Part shown: one piece after another, positions 38,809 through 49,500 of the stretch | How the letters are laid out: each line of letters opens with the position of its first letter | Numbering within the stretch: position 1 is the first letter of the stretch | Source: an uncultured Calditrichaceae bacterium | GTDB lineage: Bacteria > Calditrichota > Calditrichia > RBG-13-44-9 | NCBI GenBank assembly: GCA_964624795.1 | Contig: CAZUZS010000009.1 | Coordinates: forward strand, 32,361 to 96,360 | Reading direction: 5' to 3' | Length of the DNA: 64,000 nt | The notes under the pieces: generated by a model | The model's input: only the letters and a program-made list of their open reading frames with translations | Told to the model about the DNA's origin: nothing | Database searches by the model: none | Program-made: the position numbers and the translations under genes

Positions 38809-41562
38809 CTAATCAACTTCTCTTTCTTTTTTCTCTGCCTGTTCTGCTACGCTTTCACTATTATCGTCAGCTTCATGATTTTCTGAAGTTGTATCTATAG
38901 GAGTTTGTTTTTCTATTTCCCCATCTTCCGGCGGCTTTTGCTCCCGCCCCGATTCCTGAGCAGGTTCTTCGGCCGGGATTTCAGGCATTGGTTCTGCCGC
39001 CTCCGGGTGTTCTTCGTCCGATCGCCGGCCCTTTACAGTTAGCATTTTTTCCCGCGATTTGATGTTGGCGGCCGGGGTCGCTACGGTGAAGACATTTGGA
39101 ATGCTTTCCTGCTCGTCTGACCGGAAACCGACCATCACTTCGCCATCCAGGGTAAGAAGCGGTGTGCCGGGCGGTTTGAGCCGGCGTTTGCCACCCCGCT
39201 GAATAAACATTTGGCGCTGTTTTTTAGTATTTAATTTAGCCCGTATTAACTCTTCGTATATAGCTCGCGGCGCCAATTCAATATTACCATATTTTTCAGT
39301 GTTTAGCGCCCCGCTGATGCGCTTGGGACCATATTCAGGATGTTCCCTGATAACATCATAAAGCTTTGTTTTTACTTCAATGCTCAAATGGCGAAGACCT
39401 ACGTTGGTATACTCATGGAGCAGTTCCCTAAGCGCAGTTATTCCGCCTTCGACATACATTTTCTTATATTTGTAATATGTTGTCGTCGATACCCCGATTT
39501 GCTGGCAGGCCTGTGCGACAGTTACATCGCTTTGCCCGGCAAGTTCGAACAATTCCTTGAACATGTCTATTTTGACATCAACCGCATCCATATTTTCCTT
39601 AAACGCAACCAGCGTCACATCATCACTCTGCTCATATCCGTTGGTAAAATTGAGAATATCCTCTTTTACATTTTTCACAAAATCGACAACATCCAGGTGC
39701 CCGTTGCGACGAATGGCAGCAAGGAACCGCTCCTCACCATAAAGCTCCCGGCTGGGATTCATTGCTTCGGTGATGCCATCGGTATAGCAGACCAGGATAT
39801 CATCGGGGTGCAGCCGGATGCGATCCGCCTTAATGGTTGTGTCAAATAGTCGAATATCGGGAAGCGTAATTCCAACCGGAAATCCCGGAGGATTCAGGTA
39901 ATAAGTTTCCTTAGTCTTGCCGCGGAAAAGAATCATGGGATTGTGGCCGGCGCTTGAGAAAGCAATCGTCCGCTCCCGGGAATCCAGGATAATATAGAAT
40001 GCCGTGACGAACATGCCTTTGCGAATATCGTCGGTAATGAATGAGTTTACCCGGGCTAACACTTCCGCCGGATTTCTATTGCCGCGCGCTTCCAGCCGCA
40101 GGGCAGTGCGGATCATAGTCATAACCATCGATCCCGGAACGCCTTTACCGGATACGTCCGCGACGCAGATTCCGGTGGTATGCTCGTCCACTTCCACGAA
40201 ATCGAAAAGATCTCCTCCCACTTCCTTGGCTGCCTGGTAGTAAGAAGTGATATCGTAACCAATGACATTCGGAAAGTCATCGGGAAGAAGCATCTGCTGG
40301 ATTTCCTGTGCAACCTGCAGCTCACGCTGCATGCGCTGCTGTTCCATCAGGTTCACCTGGGCTTCGCGGAATTTGCTGGTCATCTCGTTAAATGCTTGCG
40401 CAATCTCGCCCAGCTCATCGCTGCCGTCGATATCAAGTTCATCCTCATCAACCGTGCCGTGCCCAACCTGACGCACCCAGCCGGCCAACTTGTGGAATGG
40501 ATCCATGATAAGGGTGATCAACACAAATGAACCGCTGTATCCCACAACCAGGACAATTAGCAGCAGGAGCAACAGGTTGACCCGGCTATTGAATATTTTA
40601 TGCTCAACAAAATTCCGGTTTATCCAAATGTGGGCATACCCAAGCGGCGGCGTGTCCGCCCCCTGGATGCTGATGGGAGTCACAAAATCGAAAACCACGC
40701 TGTCGGCAGCCAGCGTACGCTGGTAGACCAGCGTTTGACCAATAGAATCGACAAATTGCTCGTTCTCCGTAATTAGCGGCTTACCGTCCAGAATCATGTC
40801 TTCTTTCATGGGATAAGTAGTGCGCGGGCGTTGTCCGGTATCGGTAATTACTACAAGGGAAATCATTTTGGGATTGCTCTCTTTTACGGACTTCGCATTC
40901 TCCGACAAAATGATAAAATCGTCTTTGCTCAACGGTTCCCATGAAATTTTGGACAGGCTCACGCTCTGCGAATACCCGCTCTCGAATATTTCACTGGTCG
41001 TATTTTCCCGGATACGGGAGTTGAAAATAATGAAGGAGACAATTGCCAGAATGGTCATAATCGCGGAAGTAACCAGCGTGAATTTGGTTCGCAGGGTGAG
41101 CGAATCCCAGACCATAAATGGTTTAGTGCGCTCCACCGTTTCCCGCATTTTGGTCAGGCGCAGCTCATTTCCCCGACTGGTTACATTATACTTAATGTCA
41201 TCCATTAGCTTGCGCATCATGAAAATGCCCAAGCCGCCTTTCTTGCCGATGGAGACATATTTATCGAGATCTGGATTCTTTACCTGCCGGGGATCAAAGC
41301 TTTTTCCATGATCGATGATGACGATCGTCAAACTCAGGCTGCGAACAATAGCGCGAATGATGATCTGTCCATTCCGAATATCGCGATATCCGTGTCGGAT
41401 GATATTGGTGCAGGATTCATCGACCACCAGTTTGAAGGAATTGATGACCTTGTGGGTGAAACGGTATTTTCTTCCGATGTGCTCGATGAAATCTCTCACC
41501 TGCCGCAGGTAGGACATCTGCGCCGGAATAATAATCTCTTCTTTTACAACATTTTTAAACAT
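38809..41562 (-). CDS. Multidomain partner-switching protein: N-terminal RsbW/SpoIIAB-like GHKL kinase, 2-TM periplasmic sensor, HAMP, PP2C (SpoIIE) phosphatase and a C-terminal transposase-type HTH
   Basis: The GHKL domain is LVVDESCTNIIRHGY...IVIIDHGKSFDP...KKGGLGIFMMRKL. The TM helices are FTLVTSAIMTILAIVSFIIF and LLLLLLIVLVVGYSGSFVLITLIM. The HAMP segment is LGEIAQAFNEMTSKFREAQ. The PP2C domain is VGGDLFDF...ICVADVSGKGVPGSMVM...SAGHNPMILF...LVCYTDGITEA. The C-terminal segment is IGVSTTTYYKYKKMYVEGGITALREL...VIREHPEYGPKRIS. Confidence 0.85.
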   Translation of the reverse strand: MFKNVVKEEIIIPAQMSYLRQVRDFIEHIGRKYRFTHKVINSFKLVVDESCTNIIRHGYRDIRNGQIIIRAIVRSLSLTIVIIDHGKSFDPRQVKNPDLDKYVSIGKKGGLGIFMMRKLMDDIKYNVTSRGNELRLTKMRETVERTKPFMVWDSLTLRTKFTLVTSAIMTILAIVSFIIFNSRIRENTTSEIFESGYSQSVSLSKISWEPLSKDDFIILSENAKSVKESNPKMISLVVITDTGQRPRTTYPMKEDMILDGKPLITENEQFVDSIGQTLVYQRTLAADSVVFDFVTPISIQGADTPPLGYAHIWINRNFVEHKIFNSRVNLLLLLLIVLVVGYSGSFVLITLIMDPFHKLAGWVRQVGHGTVDEDELDIDGSDELGEIAQAFNEMTSKFREAQVNLMEQQRMQRELQVAQEIQQMLLPDDFPNVIGYDITSYYQAAKEVGGDLFDFVEVDEHTTGICVADVSGKGVPGSMVMTMIRTALRLEARGNRNPAEVLARVNSFITDDIRKGMFVTAFYIILDSRERTIAFSSAGHNPMILFRGKTKETYYLNPPGFPVGITLPDIRLFDTTIKADRIRLHPDDILVCYTDGITEAMNPSRELYGEERFLAAIRRNGHLDVVDFVKNVKEDILNFTNGYEQSDDVTLVAFKENMDAVDVKIDMFKELFELAGQSDVTVAQACQQIGVSTTTYYKYKKMYVEGGITALRELLHEYTNVGLRHLSIEVKTKLYDVIREHPEYGPKRISGALNTEKYGNIELAPRAIYEELIRAKLNTKKQRQMFIQRGGKRRLKPPGTPLLTLDGEVMVGFRSDEQESIPNVFTVATPAANIKSREKMLTVKGRRSDEEHPEAAEPMPEIPAEEPAQESGREQKPPEDGEIEKQTPIDTTSENHEADDNSESVAEQAEKKEREVD

Positions 41563-41622
41563 TTTTTCGCTTTATTTATCAAACATTCCCATTAATATTT
41601 CAAAATCTTCCGGACACTTGTA

Positions 41623-43527
41623 CTACTGTTTCGTCCTTTTGATCCTATCTTCGGCACTTTTTATCGCATCCTGTAATTTCTTGCTGTAAGGATACTTTTT
41701 CTGCAGTTCTTTCCAGATCTCCAGCGCATCCGAGTACCTTCCGGCCAGGAACATATCGACACCCTTAATATACATCCTTGCCGATTCCTGATCCATTTCT
41801 TGTTCAACAACTCCCATTCCTCGCTTGGTTCGCTCAATATATTGTTTCAGTCGCTCATTGGACGGATCCATTTTTAATGCCTCGTCAAACAACTGAAGCG
41901 CCTTCTGGTAATCGCCCAGGTCGTAAAGCTGCAGTGCCTGCTGCACATACTGCTGTATTTTGATGCGATTGGCCAGGGTGCTGATCTCATCCTTCAATTT
42001 CGGATCTTCCGGCGCCAGAACCAACGCCTCACTTAAAATCTGCAGCGCGTCGGAATAGTTGCCCCCCTGGAACTCTTCCCGGCCCTTTGTTACCAGTTTA
42101 CGAACTTCTTCCTCCAGCCGACGGTCGGTCGAAGCAATCGCATCCTTTATTATCGGATCATCCGGCGATCGCTCCAATGCCAGGTTGAATTCGACAAGCG
42201 CATCAGTGAACTGGTTATTCTGGAGATAAACATTACCCTTATCGAAATGCAGTTTCACGAAAGTCCTGTTTTCTTCGGCCATCTCTTTATTAACTGCATT
42301 TTTGATTGCCGCCTGTTGGCGATTCTCAAAATCCTTCTGAATAAGGCGGTCGGTGCTGTCCAGCAAGGCATTTGCCGGCTTATTGAACGGGTCCACCGAA
42401 ACCACGCCCTGGAATTCAGCATAGGCGTCGAAATAGCGATTCTGATCCAGGTATTCCTTTCCCTTTTGGGTATGCTCGGTAATGAAATTTTGCTTTTCCT
42501 GTTCTTTGGTGCGATCCACGAGTTCCTTCTCGCGGCGCTTTCTCGCTTCTTCGGCGATCAGCAACATTTCTTCACGCGATTTGCCGATATCGAATGTAAT
42601 GGAAAAACGGTGGGTTGGCGGGAATGCGCCGTCGGCATTTATCGATCCGAACGAATAATCGATATGCATGAAAGAATAATTCAAACCCGCACCAAACGCC
42701 AGGTGGCTGTTGTCGAAACCAAGGCGGACGGTTCCCATCTCACGGAATGTGTACTCGGTGCCGGCTAATAAAGCAGCGCTTTCGTTTTTGCTCATGTGAT
42801 AATCAATCGCCACTCTAATCTGGCCGCTTTCTCCTATCTGCAAACCTTTGCTCAATCCTAATGTCATCAAGTATGGCTCGTTTTCAATCACGTTGCCAAG
42901 TTTCAGGTCCGGAGACACCAGGTTTCGGTAGCTCAGACCAAACGACAGGTTTTGCAGCAAATTATTTTCCCACTGTGGCCGGTACATCATCCCGATATCC
43001 AATCCCAGGCCGGTAGCATTGTTATTTATTTCAGTAAACTGCTGGCGCCTGATTTTGGTGGTAATGCCGCCAATCAGGTTGTATGGCAGCTTTTTGCTGT
43101 AAGAAAAATACAGCTCGCTCTCGTCGTACGACATTTGCCCCAGCCGCTCGTTCGTGGTAGTAACCACCGGAATATCACCGGTTCCCAGGCGAGTGTAACC
43201 AAGCCCTACCGTGCCGTAGGTGAGCGTCGGGTATACAATCCCTACAAAATCGTACATGGTTCCCTCAAACACCTGATCATGGAAAAGCGTGAAACTGAGA
43301 CGGGGAATCAACTCCAGCCCGGCAGGATTCCAGAAAACTGCCGTGGGGTCATTCGCTACCGCTACATAGGCACGTCCCAGACCCAGGGCACGCGCACCGA
43401 CACCATAACTTAGGGGCAATGTAGTGCCGTATTCGCCATCCGATTGGGCCGATAAAAGAGCGGGAAGTAATAGGACTCCATACAGACCAACCAGCCATTT
43501 TCCTGCAGATTTCATTATTTTGCGCAT
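41623..43527 (-). CDS. Outer-membrane beta-barrel (FadL/PorV-like N-terminal signature) fused to C-terminal TPR repeats
   Basis: The signal peptide is LVGLYGVLLLPALLSAQ. The signature GVGARALGLGRAYVAVANDPTAVFWNPAGL matches the FadL / PorV (LptO) family start. A ~300-aa barrel ends in an aromatic-rich strand. A ~300-aa helical TPR-like C-terminus contains repeated ...ALQLYDLGDYQKALQLFDEALKMDP. It starts 14 bp after the giant gene's stop. Confidence 0.6.
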   Translation of the reverse strand: MRKIMKSAGKWLVGLYGVLLLPALLSAQSDGEYGTTLPLSYGVGARALGLGRAYVAVANDPTAVFWNPAGLELIPRLSFTLFHDQVFEGTMYDFVGIVYPTLTYGTVGLGYTRLGTGDIPVVTTTNERLGQMSYDESELYFSYSKKLPYNLIGGITTKIRRQQFTEINNNATGLGLDIGMMYRPQWENNLLQNLSFGLSYRNLVSPDLKLGNVIENEPYLMTLGLSKGLQIGESGQIRVAIDYHMSKNESAALLAGTEYTFREMGTVRLGFDNSHLAFGAGLNYSFMHIDYSFGSINADGAFPPTHRFSITFDIGKSREEMLLIAEEARKRREKELVDRTKEQEKQNFITEHTQKGKEYLDQNRYFDAYAEFQGVVSVDPFNKPANALLDSTDRLIQKDFENRQQAAIKNAVNKEMAEENRTFVKLHFDKGNVYLQNNQFTDALVEFNLALERSPDDPIIKDAIASTDRRLEEEVRKLVTKGREEFQGGNYSDALQILSEALVLAPEDPKLKDEISTLANRIKIQQYVQQALQLYDLGDYQKALQLFDEALKMDPSNERLKQYIERTKRGMGVVEQEMDQESARMYIKGVDMFLAGRYSDALEIWKELQKKYPYSKKLQDAIKSAEDRIKRTKQ

Positions 43528-43541
43528 AATATTAACACTGT

Positions 43542-46500
43542 TTATTTGATATATGCTACTTTGGTTTTATAACTTTTTGATTGACCATCACTATACCGGA
43601 TGTTAAGAATTGCAATATAGACCCCATTCAACACCCGGTTGCCGGCATTATTCGTCCCGTTCCAGATCAACCCATTATTGTTGTGACCGTCATAAAGCTG
43701 ACCACCGGTGAAACTTTTCTGCTGCGAATAGACAAGCCCGCCCAGCAGAGTGTAAATCCGGATCTCGGCGGTGCCATTTTTCTCCATCCAAAAAACGAAA
43801 TTGGTGGAAGCCTCATCCATGCCGAAAGGATTTGGATGGTTGCCAAATATCTTGTCCTTGTCACCAGAAATAACCGTCAGCGCATAAGAACCGCCGACGT
43901 CCCCGCCGGAGCTAAAGAGATTGCCCTGCTCATCGACAATCTCGACCGGGTTGTCATGCGACCCGGTAAATGCGCGGATCGACCCAACATGCAGTTTAAA
44001 GCTCTGGTTCGGTGATTGGCGGCTAAGATTAAGCAGGACGACCAAACTGTCTTTAACGCCGGGTATAATATTCAGGTGATTCGTGAACTCAAGTGGAATT
44101 TCGTCGCCGTCCGCAGATGTGACATCATAGGCGGCGAAGACAGTTGGCGCAGAACCCACTTTTTGCAGATTTCTGAGATATGCCCGGTTCACGATCTTGA
44201 CGGAGTCTATCAGTGAGGAAGGGTTTAATACCGGCGATCCATCGAGCTGTTGCACCAGCAGGCTTAAGCTGTCAATGGTCACAGTAGGCACAAACTCCGA
44301 GACTTTCCGGTTATCGAACACCAGCCCGATAAGCGGCACGTCTTCGGTTCCCTGTTGCCGGATAACATTTTCCTGCTGGCTGAACTCCAATGGTATTACT
44401 ACCAGGCGATGAACTTCGGTAGCAATGGAAAGCGTTGCCGAGCTGCTGTCCGGATCAAGCGCCGCCGGTTGGGCAGTGTTAACATCATTCGGGACCTGGA
44501 CAAACTGCGCCCCGATTCCGGTGCTGATGATTTGCCGTGGCGTCCTCAAATCCCAGCTTACCGAATCCGGGTAAGTGAAAGATTTGACCTGCGTTTCGCC
44601 CGATGCCAGGGCGATAGAATCCTGCGGGTTGAGCTGCAGCCGCAACTGGCCCTGCCCGGAGAGTTGTGCATCTCCCTTATTCCTTATCTTTGCCACCACC
44701 GTGAACGACTGATCAAATGAAAGCCGGTGACCTCCGCCGGTATCGGGCCGGCCTTTGATCCGCAGCCGGAGGCTGAGCATAGCCTTTCGTTCCAGCACGA
44801 AATTGCCGGAGGAATCGGAAGCCAGGGCCTGGCCGCTGTTTGCATCCGTGGCGGCAACCGCAACTTGCAGCGGTATCGTGGTCGGACCGTCGATCGTCGC
44901 CGGTGCCTGTATCTGCCAGCTCACCGATGTTCCGGTAAAGGACTTGGTGGAATCCGGAACCTGCATTCCGGTAATTCGCAATACTGCTGATCGCCGCTCG
45001 CTCACCTGGCTGGAAGCCTCGATTTCGGTCTGCACCGTGAACAACTGGCCAGTGCTGATCCTGGGCTGTGTCTGAATCCCTGCTATTCTAAACAGGGCGC
45101 TTTCCTGAATGACTATGGGCGTCTGCACCTGTGTGACGGTGGTAGAGGCCGTTTGATTGGTCAGCGAATCTTTCGGAATCTGGTTGTAAGTAACAGCAAG
45201 CATCGATGCATTCACAATGTTAACAATCTCGTCATAGAGATCGTTAATTTGCTGTTTTATTCGGCCGGCCCCTGCCGCGAAAGCAGAACCTTCCACGGGC
45301 ATACCTTCCATTGGTGTTTGCATGTGCTGTTGTTTTGCCTGAAGGTTCCGCACCCTGGACATGAGCGCATTCACCTGGCTGTTGCTGTCAACCCGTACTG
45401 TCCAGGTTACCGGCTGATCAACAACGAACGGCTTTACCGGATCCTGGTTCACGAGCTGCAACGAACTGCCGGGCGTCAGCCGCAGTGAAGCAGCGCCGGT
45501 AACTCCCGCCTGGCCGGTATTGCGCACTGTCGCCTGGTAGGTAAATGTCTGACCGTAACTTACCGTATCGTCGCGTGCTCCGGCAGGTTCGGTGATTTCA
45601 GCGCTGAGCGCCAATGTCGCCCGCGTGATTGCCCGCAGCCTCACGAAAGCCGTGTCGCGCAGCGTGAGGTTGTTCACCGGCGAAGTCGACTCTGTGATCA
45701 CCCGAATCACCTTGTCTTGCTGTGTTGCAGTTCCGGGTGCCTTCAAATACCATGTGACCGAACTGTCGGACGGGATAAGCTGCTGTTGATTGCTGGTACT
45801 TGTAACCCCCGATGGCAGCGTAAGTGTTGCCAACCGGTTTTCGGTAAACAGCGGATTCAGATTTACCTTCACTTCCAGCGGTATGCTGTCCTGGTTAGTA
45901 GAAACGGTGATGCTGGTGTCATTCACATTACTGAAGAAATGGAACGACTGAATGGAGAAATTGCCCAGATCCAGCACCCGGATTCCGAAGGTGCGGGTGG
46001 AATCGGATTTAAATACCGGCACGGTGGCGTAATTATTCTCATCATAATACAGCGTGTCATTCAAAATCTTGGGTAATGAGATCGTAAAATCGTGTGAACC
46101 GCCGCTGTTCGAACTCTGCAAATTCCACCTCAGGGTGTCTCCAATTCTCATTGAATGAAGCGTATCGCCCTGCGAAAGCGAAAATGCGCTTGCATCATAG
46201 CGGAGGTGAACCGGTATCTTATTTCCAGGCGAAACGCCGGCTGTCCCTGTATTGGTGACAATCGCCGAAATTTCGAATGGCTGATTTAAAGCCAGGGTGT
46301 CGGGGTAATCCAACACATTAACGTGCAGGTTGGCGCGTTCCACGATGCGCATATCGGTGAAGCGCACCAGGCCGGTATCGACGAACGCCGGCTGGCCGGA
46401 ATTGATATCGATAGCTGCATTGATAATTTGCGCTAAGATAGTTTGCCGATCCGGGTAGGCTGTCGCGGATGTGTAAATTGAATTGACAACAGTGCGGTTC

Positions 46501-49500
46501 TCAAAGATCTGCACGGTGTCTTTGCGTTCCGTGGTGGTCTGATTGAAGCTGAATCCGTCGGGCAGCGTGATCTGGACCTCACTCGAGTCGGTGGTTGGCG
46601 CACTGCTGGCATCGCGATGAACGGTCATCTCCAGCTCGAATTTCTGGAGGGTACTTACGGTATGGTCGCCGGCCCCGGCCGGTTGGTTGATTTCGGCAGT
46701 GAGCCAAATTCGCGAACGCGGCTGCACGGTCACCATCTTCTGTTCGATATCTTCCAGCGTTGCCCCGGTATTCGATTCAATTCCTCTCGCGCGGACGGTA
46801 AGCGTGCTCTCCAGAAAATCAATTAGCGCATCCGTTTCATACCCGCCGCTACCGCCTTCCACGGGAGCCGACAAACGATTATTGGTACTCTTTCCGGCAG
46901 TTCTTATTCCTTTAGTCCCCGAACTGGCAATCTTCTGCAAATTTTCCAGAATTTGTTGGGACAAAGTGTCCGGTGCCCGGATTTGCCAACTGGCAGTTTC
47001 CGAACTGCCCGGTCCTAACGGCAGTACTGTTGAACCTTGAATGGAAAATTCGGCCGGCAAATTGATGATTTCTGCCGTGCGCCCGGTGGCATTGACGCTG
47101 CCGCTCAAATTTACAGTAGCCCGAAGAGTGAATAGCTGCCCCGTCGACACCGTGTCCGTATTGGCATTCAGAATCTCCAGGTTTGTGATGGAAATGCTGC
47201 CGGAAGTTGCGACGTTAACCTGAACATTTGCACGGCTGTTCACGCGGTGAACGAGGCTGTCCGGGTAGTTGTTCTCATCATAGGCGGCCGGTTCCACGTC
47301 TTGATCTATGGTCGCGTAGCATTGTGCATTCCCGGTCAAATCTTTGCTCACCAGACTCCATGAGAGCGGAGCCTGCTTGTTCACCAGCGACGCCCATTTC
47401 AGAGAATCCGCCGGGTTAACAAAAGCAAGCCTCGACGTATCGATACGCAGGGCGACCCGCACAGAGTCACCAGGCTCGATATTGGCAGTACCGGTGTTTT
47501 GCAGCAAACCGGTGACCGCAAACGTTTCGCTCTGCGAAACATTGATCTGGGTGCTGTCCAGCGACAGGACCAATGCAGCGCGGTTAACAGTTTTGAGCTG
47601 AATCGTTCCGATTGCGCCCGCAATAACCGCCGGAGCGTTGGTGTTTTCGTCGCTCGCCGCCGATTCCAGCGCTATCCTTATTCTCTCGGGCTGTACGTGC
47701 GCAACAGTATCGGTGAAGATCTCCAGGGAACGGTAATTCAACGAATCGGTTGCTACCTGCAACAGCGAATCTGCTTGAGTATGATCATATTTTCTGAAAT
47801 AATAGCCGCCGGGCAGGGATATTTTCACGGTATTCAAACCAGTGGTACCAGCTTCACCGCCATTTTGAATCCAGGTATGAATTACAAATTTTTGCCAGGT
47901 GCTGACCTCCAGATCGATCGCGCCTTCCGGTTCGGCAACCTCCCACTGCAGCGCCAGCGAAGCACGCGGCTGTACAGTTACAGGAAGTGTCTTTGGCTCC
48001 GACTGAATCCGATCCCCGCTGTGCTCATCGAAAGCAGAGGCTTCCACCGTAATGTTTTCTACCACACCACTCAACAGTTCATTAGGAATGTTCCCACCTT
48101 CCGGCGAGTTGCCGGGCGCGAGGAAATTACCACCGGATTTGCCACTCTTGCCGCTCAAAGCCGATCCCGCTACAGTATCCGGGACCTTAATCACCCACAC
48201 GGCAGAATCTTCAACCAGGTCCTGCTGAGCACTGCCGTTCAGCAAATCAAATCCTGGCGGCAGGGTAATCTGTGCCCGGCGACCAGTATCCGCAACCCCA
48301 AGTGTAAAGGCCACTTTGGCGCGAAGCGTAAATTGCTGGCCGCTCGAAAGCGTGGAGTCCATTGCCCCCTGCGGATGCGTAATGTCCAAGGCAATTGATT
48401 CTATACGTGCCGCAGATACGGTATGAACCGTAACCGAAGCTTGCTGGTTTACAAGTGAAGCGGTGGAGTCAATATTAATATCATTCGGAATTTGGACATA
48501 GTAAACGCTGATGATATCGCCACTCGGCCCCGATGGCGTGGTCGGCGCTAAAATGCTCCAGGTGACCGTATTCGCGGCCTGGGTAAAGAATTGGGTATCG
48601 GGATCAGCGGAATTATAGCCTGCCGACGGCGGCAGGACCAATCGCAATCTGCCACTATTGTCGATGGCAGCCTGCCCTATGTTTTCAACAGTCGCAGAGA
48701 GATCAAATGTTTGCCCTGCCGAAACCGTGTCTTTAGCTTCCACCGAAAGCTGCAGATTTGCAGGAGATTGAACCATAACTACGGCATTGTCATCCAGCGC
48801 CGGAGCAATTTGAACAGCGCCCCCTGTTAGCTGTGAAAATGCGCTGTCCAGTCGGGTGCGAAAGATAGCGGTACCGGATTGTGGTGGCGCAACTGCCGTA
48901 AAGATTATCGTAGTGTCACTTCGCTCCCCAAGGGTGAGGCGGTTAATACTCTGCTGCGGAATATCGTTCAGCAGGAGTTCCACCTTGATGTTTTTCAACG
49001 CTTCCTGCCCGGAATTCTGCAATTGCACACTTATCGGGAAACGTTGGCCATAGTTCACATTGGGAAAGTTGGGCAGCGAGTCGACAGGAACCGAGGTGGC
49101 GAAGATTCGGATTTGACCGGGCCTTAAAACCGTCACAGTTTTCAGAGTGTCCGATAATCGCGAAAATATTTTTTCCGGTGCCACAGAATCCTGGTAAGTC
49201 ACACGCGCCTTAAGGAAAATCCTGCCGGTATCCGCCTGTGCCGTGATCCCTAATGAAATTGGCAGATCCTTCGAATCCTGGCTGCGCAATTGCAGTTGAG
49301 ACAATGTATCCAATCCGGCGACCGACCACTGGCTGCTTACATTTTGTCCGAGTGAGTTGGTAAAGATCAGGTTTATGGAGTTCACTTCCCCGGTGGAAGG
49401 ACCGTCATTTCGGATTGTGATAGTAGCAGGTATGTTGGACTGACCCTGCGACATGAAATCCGGGATACCGGAAATGCTGCTGGCAAGAATCACGGTAGTA

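Noticed and set aside
38809-39250. Possibility that the transposase-like C-terminus of the 917-aa ORF is a decayed IS481 insertion, i.e. a mobile element
   Set aside because: No DDE domain, terminal inverted repeats or frame disruption are visible. A related HTH also ends the neighbouring STAS gene, which favours a domesticated domain. It is kept as a finding rather than annotated as a mobile element.
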